In this document: in pieces, positions 30,210 to 38,350 of the stretch
Numbering within the stretch: position 1 is the stretch's first letter
How the letters are laid out: every line of letters starts with the position of its first letter
Origin: Candidatus Limnocylindria bacterium
GTDB lineage: Bacteria > Chloroflexota > Limnocylindria > P2-11E
Assembly: GCA_035543375.1 (NCBI GenBank)
Contig: DASZZF010000023.1
Coordinates: 9,538 to 73,537, forward strand
Reading direction: 5' to 3'
DNA length: 64,000 nt
Notes under the pieces: generated by a model
The model's database searches: none
What the model saw: the letters and a program-made list of their open reading frames with translations, nothing else
What the model was told of the DNA's origin: nothing
Program-made: the position numbers and the translations under genes

Positions 30210-31882
30210 GCGGTCGTCACGGCACCGCTCGACGCCGAGCCGACGAGCTTCGCGTACTTCGCGAGCGCACCGGTCCGATACCGGGGGGTGGGCGCCCGCC
30301 ATGTCGCGAGGCGGGCCGCGAGCTCCTTTGGATCGACGGCGAGGTCGATCCGACGCTTCGACACGTCGATCGTGATGCGATCGCCGTCGACGACGAGGGC
30401 GATCGGACCGCCGACCGCGGCCTCCGGCGCGACGTGCCCGACGGCTAGGCCATGCGTCGCGCCGCTGAACCGGCCATCGGTGACGAGGGCGACCTGTTCG
30501 CCGAGTCCCGCACCGACGAGCGCGCCGGTGACGGCGAGCATCTCGCGCATCCCGGGGCCACCCTTCGGTCCCTCGTACCGGATGACGAGGATGTCGCCTG
30601 CATGCACGGAGCGGCTCTCGATCGCGGCGAACGCGTCCTCTTCGCGGTCGAACACGCGCGCGCTGAAGGTGCGGGTCGGCGTGGCGTGGCCGGCGACCTT
30701 CGTAACCGCGCCGTCCGGTGCGAGCGTGCCCCTGAGGATCACCATTCCGCCGGTCGCCGCGAGCGCCCGCGCCAGCGGGCGGACCACTTCCTGGCCCGCT
30801 GTCTCGCGCGCCGCGCTCGCCTCGTCGCCGATCGTGCGACCAGTGACCGTCATGGGGTCGCGATGGAGCAGACCGGCTTGGAGCAGCCGCTGCAACACGA
30901 GCATGATGCCGCCGGCCTGGTCCATGTCCGGAGCGGTGAAGCGGCCCCACGGCTTCATGTCGGCGAGGAGGGGCGTCTTCGCGCTGATGCGATCGAAGTC
31001 GTCGAGGTCGATGCCGACGTTCGCCTCGACCGCGACGGCGAGCAGATGGAGGACGGCGTTCGTCGACCCGCCCGTTGCCATGACCGCGGAGATCGCGTTC
31101 TCGATCGACTCCTTCGTGATGATCCGTCTCGGCCGCACATCGTCCTTCAGCAGCCGCATCACGAGGCGGCCGGCCTCGCGCGAGACCGCCTCGCGCCGCG
31201 GATCGAGCGCCGGCACGCCGGCCGATCCCGCGGGCGAGATGCCCATCGCCTCGAATGCGGTGGCCATCGTGTTCGCGGTGAACTGGCCGCCGCACGCGCC
31301 CGCGCCGGGGCAGGCGTTCCGCTCGAGCTCGGCGAGCCCTTCGTCGGACAGCGTGCCGGCCGCGTGCGCGCCGACGCCCTCGAAGACGTCGCCGATCGTC
31401 ACGTCCCGGCCGGCGAAGCGGCCGGGCATGATCGACCCGCCGTAGAGCATGAGTCCCGGCAGGTCGAGTCGCGCGAGCGCCATGACGCTCGCCGGGATCG
31501 TCTTGTCGCAGCCTGAGATCGCCACGAGCGCATCGAGCTGATGGCCTCGCGTCACCAGCTCGATGCTGTCGGCAACGAGCTCCCGCGACACAAGCGATGC
31601 CTTCATCCCTTCGGTGCCCATCGCGATGCCGTCGGAGACCGCGATCGTGTTGCACTCGACGGGCGTCCCGCCGGCCTCGCGGATGCCCTCCTTCACCCAC
31701 TCCGCGACGCGGCGCAGATGGATCGTGCACGGCATGATCTCGATCCAGCTATGGGTCACGCCCACGAGCGGCCGCGTGAAGTCGACATCGGTGTAGCCGG
31801 CGCCGCGCATCATCGCGCGCGCGGGCGCGCGGCTCGGCCCGTCGATCATCACGCGGCTGTTCGCGCGGGGGTCGCTGGTCAC
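30206..31882 (-). CDS. ilvD: dihydroxy-acid dehydratase
   Basis: [15 protein letters not shown]...[10 protein letters not shown]...TDGRFSG.THG. 558 aa, GTG start. Confidence 0.92.
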   Translation of the reverse strand: MTSDPRANSRVMIDGPSRAPARAMMRGAGYTDVDFTRPLVGVTHSWIEIMPCTIHLRRVAEWVKEGIREAGGTPVECNTIAVSDGIAMGTEGMKASLVSRELVADSIELVTRGHQLDALVAISGCDKTIPASVMALARLDLPGLMLYGGSIMPGRFAGRDVTIGDVFEGVGAHAAGTLSDEGLAELERNACPGAGACGGQFTANTMATAFEAMGISPAGSAGVPALDPRREAVSREAGRLVMRLLKDDVRPRRIITKESIENAISAVMATGGSTNAVLHLLAVAVEANVGIDLDDFDRISAKTPLLADMKPWGRFTAPDMDQAGGIMLVLQRLLQAGLLHRDPMTVTGRTIGDEASAARETAGQEVVRPLARALAATGGMVILRGTLAPDGAVTKVAGHATPTRTFSARVFDREEDAFAAIESRSVHAGDILVIRYEGPKGGPGMREMLAVTGALVGAGLGEQVALVTDGRFSGATHGLAVGHVAPEAAVGGPIALVVDGDRITIDVSKRRIDLAVDPKELAARLATWRAPTPRYRTGALAKYAKLVGSASSGAVTTA

Positions 31883-31910
31883 GCGGGCTCGGCGACCGCT
31901 TCGCGGCGGG

Positions 31911-32105
31911 TCATATCCAGGCGGGCAGGTCGGCGTCGGGTTTGCCGTACGCCTCGACGCAGATCGTCATGAGCACGACGTCGCTGAGATCGTCGGGAAC
32001 GCACCCCCGCCGCGCGAGCAGATGCTCGGCGACGACAAGCTGCTCGTCGCCGAACCGGAAACCGAATCGATGCAGGCGCTCGGCGAGCCGCTCGCGGGCG
32101 GTCAT
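31911..32105 (-). CDS. 64-aa hypothetical protein, paralog A (unrecognised family)
   Basis: The ATG overlaps the ilvC stop (ATGA). About 86% G/C at third codon positions by hand count. Aligns without gaps to ORF 35232..35426 and shares the C-terminus [16 protein letters not shown]. Confidence 0.65.
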   Translation of the reverse strand: MTARERLAERLHRFGFRFGDEQLVVAEHLLARRGCVPDDLSDVVLMTICVEAYGKPDADLPAWI

Positions 32106-33148
32106 CGGCCGGATCCCGCGGCGACCGGCTCCCGCGGAGGAAGCGCATCCGTGCCGAACTCACGCTTCGGGAGCCACGGCATCATCTCGCGGAGCTTCCG
32201 GCCGACGCGCTCGATCTGCGAATCGCGCTCGCGCGCGCGCGTCGCGAGCAGCTCGGGTGACCCGCGGCGCGATTCTGCGATCCAGCGCTTGGCGAAGCTG
32301 CCGTCTTTGACCTCGGCGAGCACGTCCCGCATGGTCTGGCGCACGCGTGCGTCGATGATCCGCTTGCCGGAGACGTAGTCCCCGTACTCGGCGGTGTCGC
32401 TGACGGAGTAGCGCATGTAGCTGAGGCCGCCCTCGTACATGAGGTCGACGATGAGCTTCATCTCGTTCAGGCACTCGAAGTAGGCGATCTCCGGCTGGTA
32501 GCCGGCCTCCACGAGGGTCTCGAAGCCGGCCTTCACGAGCTCGGAGATGCCGCCGCAGAGAACGGCCTGCTCCCCGAAGAGATCGGTCTCGACCTCCTCC
32601 GCGAACGTCGTTTCGATCACGCCCGCGCGCGTCGAGCCAACGGCCTGGGCGTACGCGAGCGCGGTGCGCTTGGCCTTGCCGCTCGCGTCCTGGTGCACGG
32701 CGACGAGGGCCGGCACCCCGCGCCCTTCCGCGTAGAGCTCGCGCATCCGGTGGCCCGGCGCCTTCGGCGCGATGAGGACCACGTCGACATCCGCCGCGGC
32801 CTTGACCTCGCCGAAGTGCACCGAGAAGGCGTGTGCGACGACCAGCGTCTTGCCCCCCATGGACGGCGCGATCCGCTCGTACACCTCGCGGTGCTGCGGA
32901 TCGTGGACGAGCAGCACCACGATGTCCGCGCTCTTGGCCGCGTCGACGACCTCACGGACCGCGAAGCCGTCGCGCTCGGCGACCGCCCAGCTCTTGCTGC
33001 CTGCCCGCAGGCCGACGATCACGTCGCAGCCGCTGTCGCGAAGGTTCTGGGCGTGGGCGTGCCCCTGGCTGCCATAGCCGATCACCGCGATCGTCTTGCC
33101 CGCGATATCGCTTGGATCCGCGTCCTTGTCGTAGTAGATCGTTGCCAT
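32102..33148 (-). CDS. ilvC: ketol-acid reductoisomerase
   Basis: [11 protein letters not shown]...[30 protein letters not shown] lies upstream of ATG 33148. The track ORF start 33283 is rejected. Confidence 0.92.
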   Translation of the reverse strand: MATIYYDKDADPSDIAGKTIAVIGYGSQGHAHAQNLRDSGCDVIVGLRAGSKSWAVAERDGFAVREVVDAAKSADIVVLLVHDPQHREVYERIAPSMGGKTLVVAHAFSVHFGEVKAAADVDVVLIAPKAPGHRMRELYAEGRGVPALVAVHQDASGKAKRTALAYAQAVGSTRAGVIETTFAEEVETDLFGEQAVLCGGISELVKAGFETLVEAGYQPEIAYFECLNEMKLIVDLMYEGGLSYMRYSVSDTAEYGDYVSGKRIIDARVRQTMRDVLAEVKDGSFAKRWIAESRRGSPELLATRARERDSQIERVGRKLREMMPWLPKREFGTDALPPREPVAAGSGR

Positions 33149-33159
33149 GTCTTGCCTCC

Positions 33160-33414
33160 TCAGCGTGTGGTCGCGTCGTCGTCGCGAAGGTGAGCCTGCC
33201 GTACATCGATGAGCGTCGTGAACTGCCTGAGCGCGAGAGCCGCTTCGTGCGGGATCGCCTGCGCGCGGATGAAGACGGTCCATCCACCATCGGCGCTCGT
33301 GTCTGCCCGGAAGGACTGCAGCCCGAGCCGTCGCCGGCGGACCACCGACAGCACGCGCTCGATCGCGCCGGGAGCGGCGTCGACTGAGAGCTCGAACACG
33401 TGCCGGTCGCTCAC
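33160..33414 (-). CDS. ilvN: acetolactate synthase small (regulatory) subunit, short single-ACT IlvM/IlvN-like form
   Basis: 84 aa. (M)[34 protein letters not shown]... parallels E. coli IlvM (..ETLERVLRVVRHRGFHVCSM). GTGA overlap with the ilvB stop. Confidence 0.7.
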   Translation of the reverse strand: MSDRHVFELSVDAAPGAIERVLSVVRRRRLGLQSFRADTSADGGWTVFIRAQAIPHEAALALRQFTTLIDVRQAHLRDDDATTR

Positions 33415-35141
33415 CCGGCCGGCTCCTCGATGAGATCGGCGTTCGCGCCGCCGGGCGGCACGATCGGCCACACGTTCGCCTCGCGCTCGATGCGGACGTC
33501 GATGACCACCGGACCGGAGTGGCTGCGCGCCCGCTGCAACGTCGCCTCGAGATCGCGGCGCCGTTCGACGCAGAGACCGAGCACGCCGTAGGCCTCGGCC
33601 AGCTTTACATAGTCGGGGCTGCTGATGGGCGTCTGCGAGATGCGGCCGTCGTGGAACAGCTGCTGCCATTGGCGAACCATCCCGAGGTAGCCGTTGTTCA
33701 GGATCGCAAGCTTCACCGGCGCGCCCTCCTGGACGGCGGTGCCGAGCTCGTGGATAGTCATCTGCGATCCGCCGTCGCCGGCGATCGCCCAGACCTCCGA
33801 GGCCGGACGTCCGAGCTGCACGCCGATCGCCGCCGGCAGCGCGTAGCCCATCGCCCCGAGACCGCCCGACGTGATGAAGCGGTCGGGATGGGTCAGCCGG
33901 AGATGCTGCGCCGCCCACATCTGGTGCTGGCCAACGTCGGCGACGAAGTACGCGTCGTCGCTCGCGGTCTCGCGGATCGCGCGCACGACGAGCCGCGGCG
34001 GCAGCTCGATCCGGTCTTCGTTGTCGCTCAGTCGCGGCCGCGCGCGCTCGGCCGTCGCGCGCGCGCGCCACTCGGCTCGGGCTGTCCGCTCGAGACGCGC
34101 GGCGAGGGCGAACAGGACCGCCCCCGCGTCGGCGACGATCCCGACCGCCGTAGGCACGTTCTTGCCGATCTGCGTCGGGTCGATGTCCGCATGGATGATC
34201 TGCCCCCGCGGCGCGAACGCGCTGAGCTTGCCCGTGACGCGGTCGTCGAAGCGCAGACCGACGCCGAGAATGACGTCAGCGTCGTTGACGATCCGATTCG
34301 CGGTCGCGCTGCCGTGCATGCCGAGCATCCCGACCGCGAGCGGATGGCTCTCGTCGATCGCGCCGATCCCGAGCAGCGTCGTGACGACCGGCGCGTCAAT
34401 GCGCTCGGCGAGCGTGCGCAGCTCCGCGTGCGCGCGGGAGAGACGGATACCGTGCCCGGCGATGATCACCGGTCGGCTGGCCGAGGCGAGCAGCGCGACC
34501 GCGCGCTCGAGGTCGGCGACATCGGCGCCACCGAGCGCCGCGTCGGCGGCGCTGCCGCCGGTCTCCGGTGCAGCCGAGCGGAGCTGGACGTCCTTGGGGA
34601 TATCGACGACGACCGGGCCGGGCCGGCCGGAGCGTGCGATGGAGAACGCGCGCTGGATCGTCGGCTCGATGTCCTCGACGCGCTCGACGAGGAACGCGTG
34701 CTTCGTGATCGGACCGACCATGCCGATGACGTCGGTCTCCTGGAACGCGTCGCGACCCATCAGCGGCGACGACACCTGGCCAGTCACGGCGACGACCGGG
34801 ACGGAGTCCATGAACGCGCATGCCAAGCCGGTCACGAGATTCGTTGCGCCCGGTCCGGACGTCGCGGAGCAGACCCCGACACGCCCCGTGGCCCGCGCGT
34901 ACCCGTCGGCCATGTGGGCGGCGCCCTGCTCGTGCCGGACCAGGACGTGGTGGATGCCGGGGTGATCCGGCAGCGCGTCGTACATCGGAAGGGTCGCGCC
35001 GCCGGGATACCCGAAGACGTTCTCGACCCCGGCGCGCTCGAGCGCGCGCCAGATCAGGTCGGCGCCACGTTGAGCGACGACCGACGCGTCGATCGCCGGC
35101 CCAGGCTGGTGCACCTGGTGCGCTGCTGCGAATGCCGGCAT
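33411..35141 (-). CDS. ilvB: acetolactate synthase large subunit
   Basis: [29 protein letters not shown], and the TPP motif [15 protein letters not shown]...GDGGSQM...NN. GGAAGGGGAG SD lies upstream of ATG 35141. Confidence 0.92.
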   Translation of the reverse strand: MPAFAAAHQVHQPGPAIDASVVAQRGADLIWRALERAGVENVFGYPGGATLPMYDALPDHPGIHHVLVRHEQGAAHMADGYARATGRVGVCSATSGPGATNLVTGLACAFMDSVPVVAVTGQVSSPLMGRDAFQETDVIGMVGPITKHAFLVERVEDIEPTIQRAFSIARSGRPGPVVVDIPKDVQLRSAAPETGGSAADAALGGADVADLERAVALLASASRPVIIAGHGIRLSRAHAELRTLAERIDAPVVTTLLGIGAIDESHPLAVGMLGMHGSATANRIVNDADVILGVGLRFDDRVTGKLSAFAPRGQIIHADIDPTQIGKNVPTAVGIVADAGAVLFALAARLERTARAEWRARATAERARPRLSDNEDRIELPPRLVVRAIRETASDDAYFVADVGQHQMWAAQHLRLTHPDRFITSGGLGAMGYALPAAIGVQLGRPASEVWAIAGDGGSQMTIHELGTAVQEGAPVKLAILNNGYLGMVRQWQQLFHDGRISQTPISSPDYVKLAEAYGVLGLCVERRRDLEATLQRARSHSGPVVIDVRIEREANVWPIVPPGGANADLIEEPAG

Positions 35142-35231
35142 TTGGTGCTCCCCTTCCGTCCGAGCCGTCGCCCTCACGAGGCGAGCTGCTCGACTGCGTT
35201 GTGACCGAGGACCGCGAGATAGGTCACTTCG

Positions 35232-35426
35232 TCAGATCCAGGCCGGCAGTTCGACGTCTGCCTTGCGGTATGCCTCGACGCAGATCGTCATGAGCACGAG
35301 GTCGGTGAGTGACGTGTGATGCGACGTGTGCGCGTGGACGATCCGCTCGGCGTGATCCAAGCGCTCGCCTTCGAAATGCATTCCCAGGCTCGCCAGACGC
35401 TTCGCTAGCTCACGTCGCGCTTCCAT
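35232..35426 (-). CDS. 64-aa hypothetical protein, paralog B (unrecognised family)
   Basis: ATG 35426 is preceded by a GGAAGGGGA SD. Lies between the attenuator terminator and ilvB. About 53% identical (hand alignment) to ORF 31911..32105. Confidence 0.6.
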   Translation of the reverse strand: MEARRELAKRLASLGMHFEGERLDHAERIVHAHTSHHTSLTDLVLMTICVEAYRKADVELPAWI

Positions 35427-35448
35427 GTCCGATCCCCTTCCGATAACG

Positions 35449-35477
35449 AAAAGACCTCCCGGTGTTCCGGGAGGTCT
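35449..35477 (-). terminator. intrinsic terminator of the ilvB-operon attenuator
   Basis: Perfect 11-bp stem AGACCUCCCGG-AACA-CCGGGAGGUCU followed by UUUCGUUAU on the minus-strand RNA. It sits between the leader ORF and the first structural ORF. Confidence 0.65.
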
Positions 35478-35499
35478 TTGATGGTTCCAGTGGTGTGAC

Positions 35500-35592
35500 T
35501 TACGCGGTCTCGGTGTTCCTCCCAGCGTCGTTCGGGCCCCCGATAACGATCGGGAGCTCAATGACGACGATGCCAAGGACGAGATCGTGCAT
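35500..35592 (-). CDS. ilv leader peptide MHDLVLGIVVIELPIVIGGPNDAGRNTETA
   Basis: 30 codons, with 10 Ile/Val/Leu among residues 4-17. Its 3' half contains CUGGGAGG, which is complementary to the 5' arm of the downstream terminator. Confidence 0.65.
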   Translation of the reverse strand: MHDLVLGIVVIELPIVIGGPNDAGRNTETA

Positions 35593-35601
35593 CTGCGACG
35601 A

Positions 35602-35610
35602 AGGGTAGCA
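35602..35610 (-). promoter_or_regulatory. candidate extended -10 (TGcTACCCT) for the ilv leader transcript
   Basis: Fits TGn-TAnnnT and ends 9 nt upstream of the leader ATG, implying a very short or absent 5' UTR. No clear -35 element. Confidence 0.3.
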
Positions 35611-35660
35611 TCGCCTAACCGGTCGAGCCAGTCCCAATCACCCGGTACTTAGGAGGCAAA

Positions 35661-36731
35661 GTGGCGGCGACGGCTTCGCGCGTAGTGAAAATAGGGGTCC
35701 TGGGCGGCGACGGTATCGGCCCGGAGGTGGTGGACGCCGCCCTATTGGTGCTCGACGCGGCAGAGGCCCGCTTCGGCTTTCGCACCGAGCGGACCACGTT
35801 CGACTGGTCCGGCGAGCAGTACTTGCGCGACGGCCGGCGGTTCGACGCCGCGGCCCTCGACCCGATCAGGAAGCTGGAAGCGGTCCTGCTCGGCGCAGTC
35901 GGTCACCCGGGCGTGCCCCGCGGGATGCTCGAGGCCGACATCATTTTCGGCTTTCGCCGCGGGCTCGACCTCTACATCAACCTGCGGCCGCTCATCCTGT
36001 ATGACGCGCGGCTCTGCCCGTTGAAGGACAAGACGGAGCGCGACATCCGCATCTGGGTGATGCGCGAAAACACCGAGGACGTGTACGGCCGGCAGGGCAC
36101 ACACACCGGGCAGGGAACGCTCGAGGAGCGAGTGTCGGTCGACATGATCTTCACCCGCCGCGGCATCGAGCGGATCGTCCGCTACTCGTTCGAGCGCGCG
36201 CGAGAGCTACCGAAGAAGCATGTGACGCTCGTCGACAAGTCGAACGCGATCCCGATCCAGGGCATCTGGCGCACAATCTTCGAGGAGATCGGCGAGGAGT
36301 TCCCCGACGTCGAGCGCGACGCGATGTACGTCGATGCGGCGTCGATGTGGCTCGTCCAGAAGCCGGAGCAGTTCAGCGTGATCGTCACGACGAACCTGTT
36401 CGGCGACATCATCACCGACCTCGGCGCCGCGATCTGCGGCGGCCTCGGGACCGGCGCGTCGGGCAACATCCATCCCGGGAAGGTCTCGATGTTCGAGCCG
36501 TTGCACGGGTCGGCGCCGAAGTACACCGGCCAGCGCGCGGCGAGTCCCATTGGCGCGATTGGCGCGCTCGCGCTGCTCCTCGATCACGTCGGTCTGCCGG
36601 AAGCGCGCGCGGCGATCAATGCCGCGATCTTCACCGCGTTCCGCACCTGGCGGATCGACGGCGTGGAGGCGAGGAAGGGTCGGACGTTCGAGGACGCCAA
36701 GGTCATCGCGGACCTGGTCGCCAATCCCTAG
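35661..36731 (+). CDS. leuB: isopropylmalate/isocitrate/tartrate dehydrogenase-family enzyme (probable 3-isopropylmalate dehydrogenase)
   Basis: KIGVLGGDGIGPEVV...LGAVG.P...NLRP...VMRENTED.Y...TTNLFGDIITDL...FEPLHGSAPK. AGGAGG SD, GTG start. The substrate-loop region deviates from canonical LeuB. Confidence 0.75.
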   Translation: MAATASRVVKIGVLGGDGIGPEVVDAALLVLDAAEARFGFRTERTTFDWSGEQYLRDGRRFDAAALDPIRKLEAVLLGAVGHPGVPRGMLEADIIFGFRRGLDLYINLRPLILYDARLCPLKDKTERDIRIWVMRENTEDVYGRQGTHTGQGTLEERVSVDMIFTRRGIERIVRYSFERARELPKKHVTLVDKSNAIPIQGIWRTIFEEIGEEFPDVERDAMYVDAASMWLVQKPEQFSVIVTTNLFGDIITDLGAAICGGLGTGASGNIHPGKVSMFEPLHGSAPKYTGQRAASPIGAIGALALLLDHVGLPEARAAINAAIFTAFRTWRIDGVEARKGRTFEDAKVIADLVANP

Positions 36732-36805
36732 CCGTCCCAGCCGCCCCAAAGACCGGACCGGGCAGGAGTAGAGTCCCCGTCCAGCGACCACGTTTGGAGG
36801 GGGAT

Positions 36806-37420
36806 ATGGCGACCACCACGACCAAACCGACCAAGCCCGGCACGATGTCGGACGACATGGGACTCATGCCCCAGAACCGCACCGTACGCACCGTCGTCGT
36901 GTCAGGCGTACTCGCGGCAATCCAGCTGGCGCTCGGCTTCACCGGCATCGGGTTCATCCCGCTGCCGACCGGCGTCAACGCGACCATCCTTCATATCCCG
37001 GCGATCCTCGCCGGCGTCATGGAAGGGCCGGTCGCCGGCGCGGCCGTCGGGTTCATCTTCGGACTGTTCAGCTTCCTACGCGCGACCACGCCCTTGTTCC
37101 AGAACCCGATCATCGCGTTCGGTCCACGGATCCTCATCGGCGTCGTCGCGTTCCTCGTGTACCGCGCCCTCCGGCCGGTGAACGAAGTCCTAGCGCTGCT
37201 CGCCGCCGGCGTGCTCGGCACGCTCACGAACACGGTCCTCGTGCTCAGCCTGGCGGTCCTGTTGACGGGCCCGAACGGCGCGCCGTACCTCGCCCCGAAT
37301 GTGGCGATGACCGTCGCGTTCACGAACGGCGTACCGGAAGCCATCGTCGGCGGCATCATCACGCTCGCCGTCGGCCTCGCACTCCGCGGCGCCGGCCGCG
37401 CCCGCAAGTCGACCGTCTAG
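36806..37420 (+). CDS. ECF transporter substrate-specific (S) component
   Basis: 204 aa, about 6 TM segments. IPLPTGVNATILHIPAILAGVMEGPVAGAAVG is typical of ECF S components. GGAGGGGGA SD. ecfA1A2T lie downstream. Confidence 0.8.
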   Translation: MATTTTKPTKPGTMSDDMGLMPQNRTVRTVVVSGVLAAIQLALGFTGIGFIPLPTGVNATILHIPAILAGVMEGPVAGAAVGFIFGLFSFLRATTPLFQNPIIAFGPRILIGVVAFLVYRALRPVNEVLALLAAGVLGTLTNTVLVLSLAVLLTGPNGAPYLAPNVAMTVAFTNGVPEAIVGGIITLAVGLALRGAGRARKSTV

Positions 37421-37451
37421 CCGTCGCGATCCAGGCGACGTGTCGGATCCG

Positions 37452-37568
37452 ATGCCCGGCGGAGATCAGGTCGATCTCCGCCGGGCCGCGTGCCGGTTCG
37501 GCCTGTTCGTGATCCTCGGGGTCGTCTTCTTCCTGGCGTACGGTCTTTTGGTGAAGGGCACCCCGTAG
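37452..37568 (+). CDS. possible 38-aa single-TM peptide MPGGDQVDLRRAACRFGLFVILGVVFFLAYGLLVKGTP
   Basis: 32 of 37 third positions are G/C. One clear hydrophobic helix. Its TAG overlaps the GTG of the SDR gene (TAGTG). No SD, and a 13-bp palindrome covers codons 2-12. Confidence 0.35.
   Translation: MPGGDQVDLRRAACRFGLFVILGVVFFLAYGLLVKGTP
37455..37485. repeat. perfect 13-bp inverted repeat CCCGGCGGAGATC-aggtc-GATCTCCGCCGGG
   Basis: Read directly from the sequence, 35 nt downstream of the S-component stop. No U-tract follows, so it could be an I-shaped terminator/attenuator or a protein-binding palindrome. Confidence 0.6.
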
Positions 37569-38350
37569 TGATCGATCACGCGAAGATGTTTCGGCTCGAT
37601 GATCGCCGCGCCCTCGTCGTGGGCAGCGGAAGCGGCATCGGCAAGACGAGCGCCGAAGCGCTCGCGGCATTCGGTGCGCATGTGACCTGCGCCGACATCG
37701 ATCTTTCGACCGCAGAGAAGACCGCCAAGGGCATCGTGGCGGCAGGTGGCAAGGCCGACGCTTTCCGCGTCGACGTGCGCGACACCGCGACCGTGGCGGC
37801 CGCCTTCGCTCGCGACCGCGCGATCGACGTCCTGGTAAGCACCCCCGGCATCAACGTCCGCAAGCCGATCCTCAAGATCACGGACGACGAGTTCGACCGG
37901 GTCATCGACGTGAATCTCAAGGGCACGTTCCGGCTCATCCGCGCCGCCGGCGAGTCCATGGCCGAGCGCGGTCGAGGCAGCATCATCGCGTTCGCGAGCA
38001 TCCGCGCGATGACGGTCGAGCCCGGACAGGGCGTGTACGCAGCGACGAAGGCCGGGATCGTTCAGATGCTGCGAGCGCTCGCGGCCGAGCTCGGGCCGCA
38101 GGGCGTGCGAGCGAACGCGATCGCTCCAGGCGTCGTCGACACGCCGCTCACCGCGCCGATCAAGCAGAACGCCGAGTGGTACGACGGCTACGCGAGGAAG
38201 AGCATCCTCGGCCGCTGGGCCCGACCGGACGAGCTCGCTGGCATGGTCGTGTATCTCGCGTCCGACGCGAGCTCGTACGTCACGGGCGCCTGCATGATGG
38301 TCGACGGAGGCTGGACCGCCCAGGATGGACGGTTCACGCCGCCGTTGTGA
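37568..38350 (+). CDS. SDR-family oxidoreductase
   Basis: ALVVGSGSGIGKTSA (TGxxxGIG-like), NLKG, and YAATKAG (YxxxK). GTG 37568 is preferred (GAAGGG SD 9 nt upstream). An ATG at 37586 is the alternative. Confidence 0.85.
   Translation: MIDHAKMFRLDDRRALVVGSGSGIGKTSAEALAAFGAHVTCADIDLSTAEKTAKGIVAAGGKADAFRVDVRDTATVAAAFARDRAIDVLVSTPGINVRKPILKITDDEFDRVIDVNLKGTFRLIRAAGESMAERGRGSIIAFASIRAMTVEPGQGVYAATKAGIVQMLRALAAELGPQGVRANAIAPGVVDTPLTAPIKQNAEWYDGYARKSILGRWARPDELAGMVVYLASDASSYVTGACMMVDGGWTAQDGRFTPPL

Noticed and set aside
31951-31978. The 28-nt identical block shared by the two 64-aa ORFs (also 35272..35299), considered as a mobile or REP-like repeat or sRNA target.
   Set aside because: It occurs only twice, in frame, at the same codon positions of two paralogous ORFs, and it encodes their most conserved peptide (VLMTICVEA). 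Paralogy with strong codon bias or gene conversion explains it without invoking a separate repeat element. It is noted within the paralog finding.
36732-36805. A possible riboswitch in the leader of the ECF S-component gene.
   Set aside because: The spacer is only 74 nt, too short for TPP, cobalamin, FMN or THF classes. I could not match any conserved riboswitch core by eye. It would need a covariance-model scan to exclude formally.
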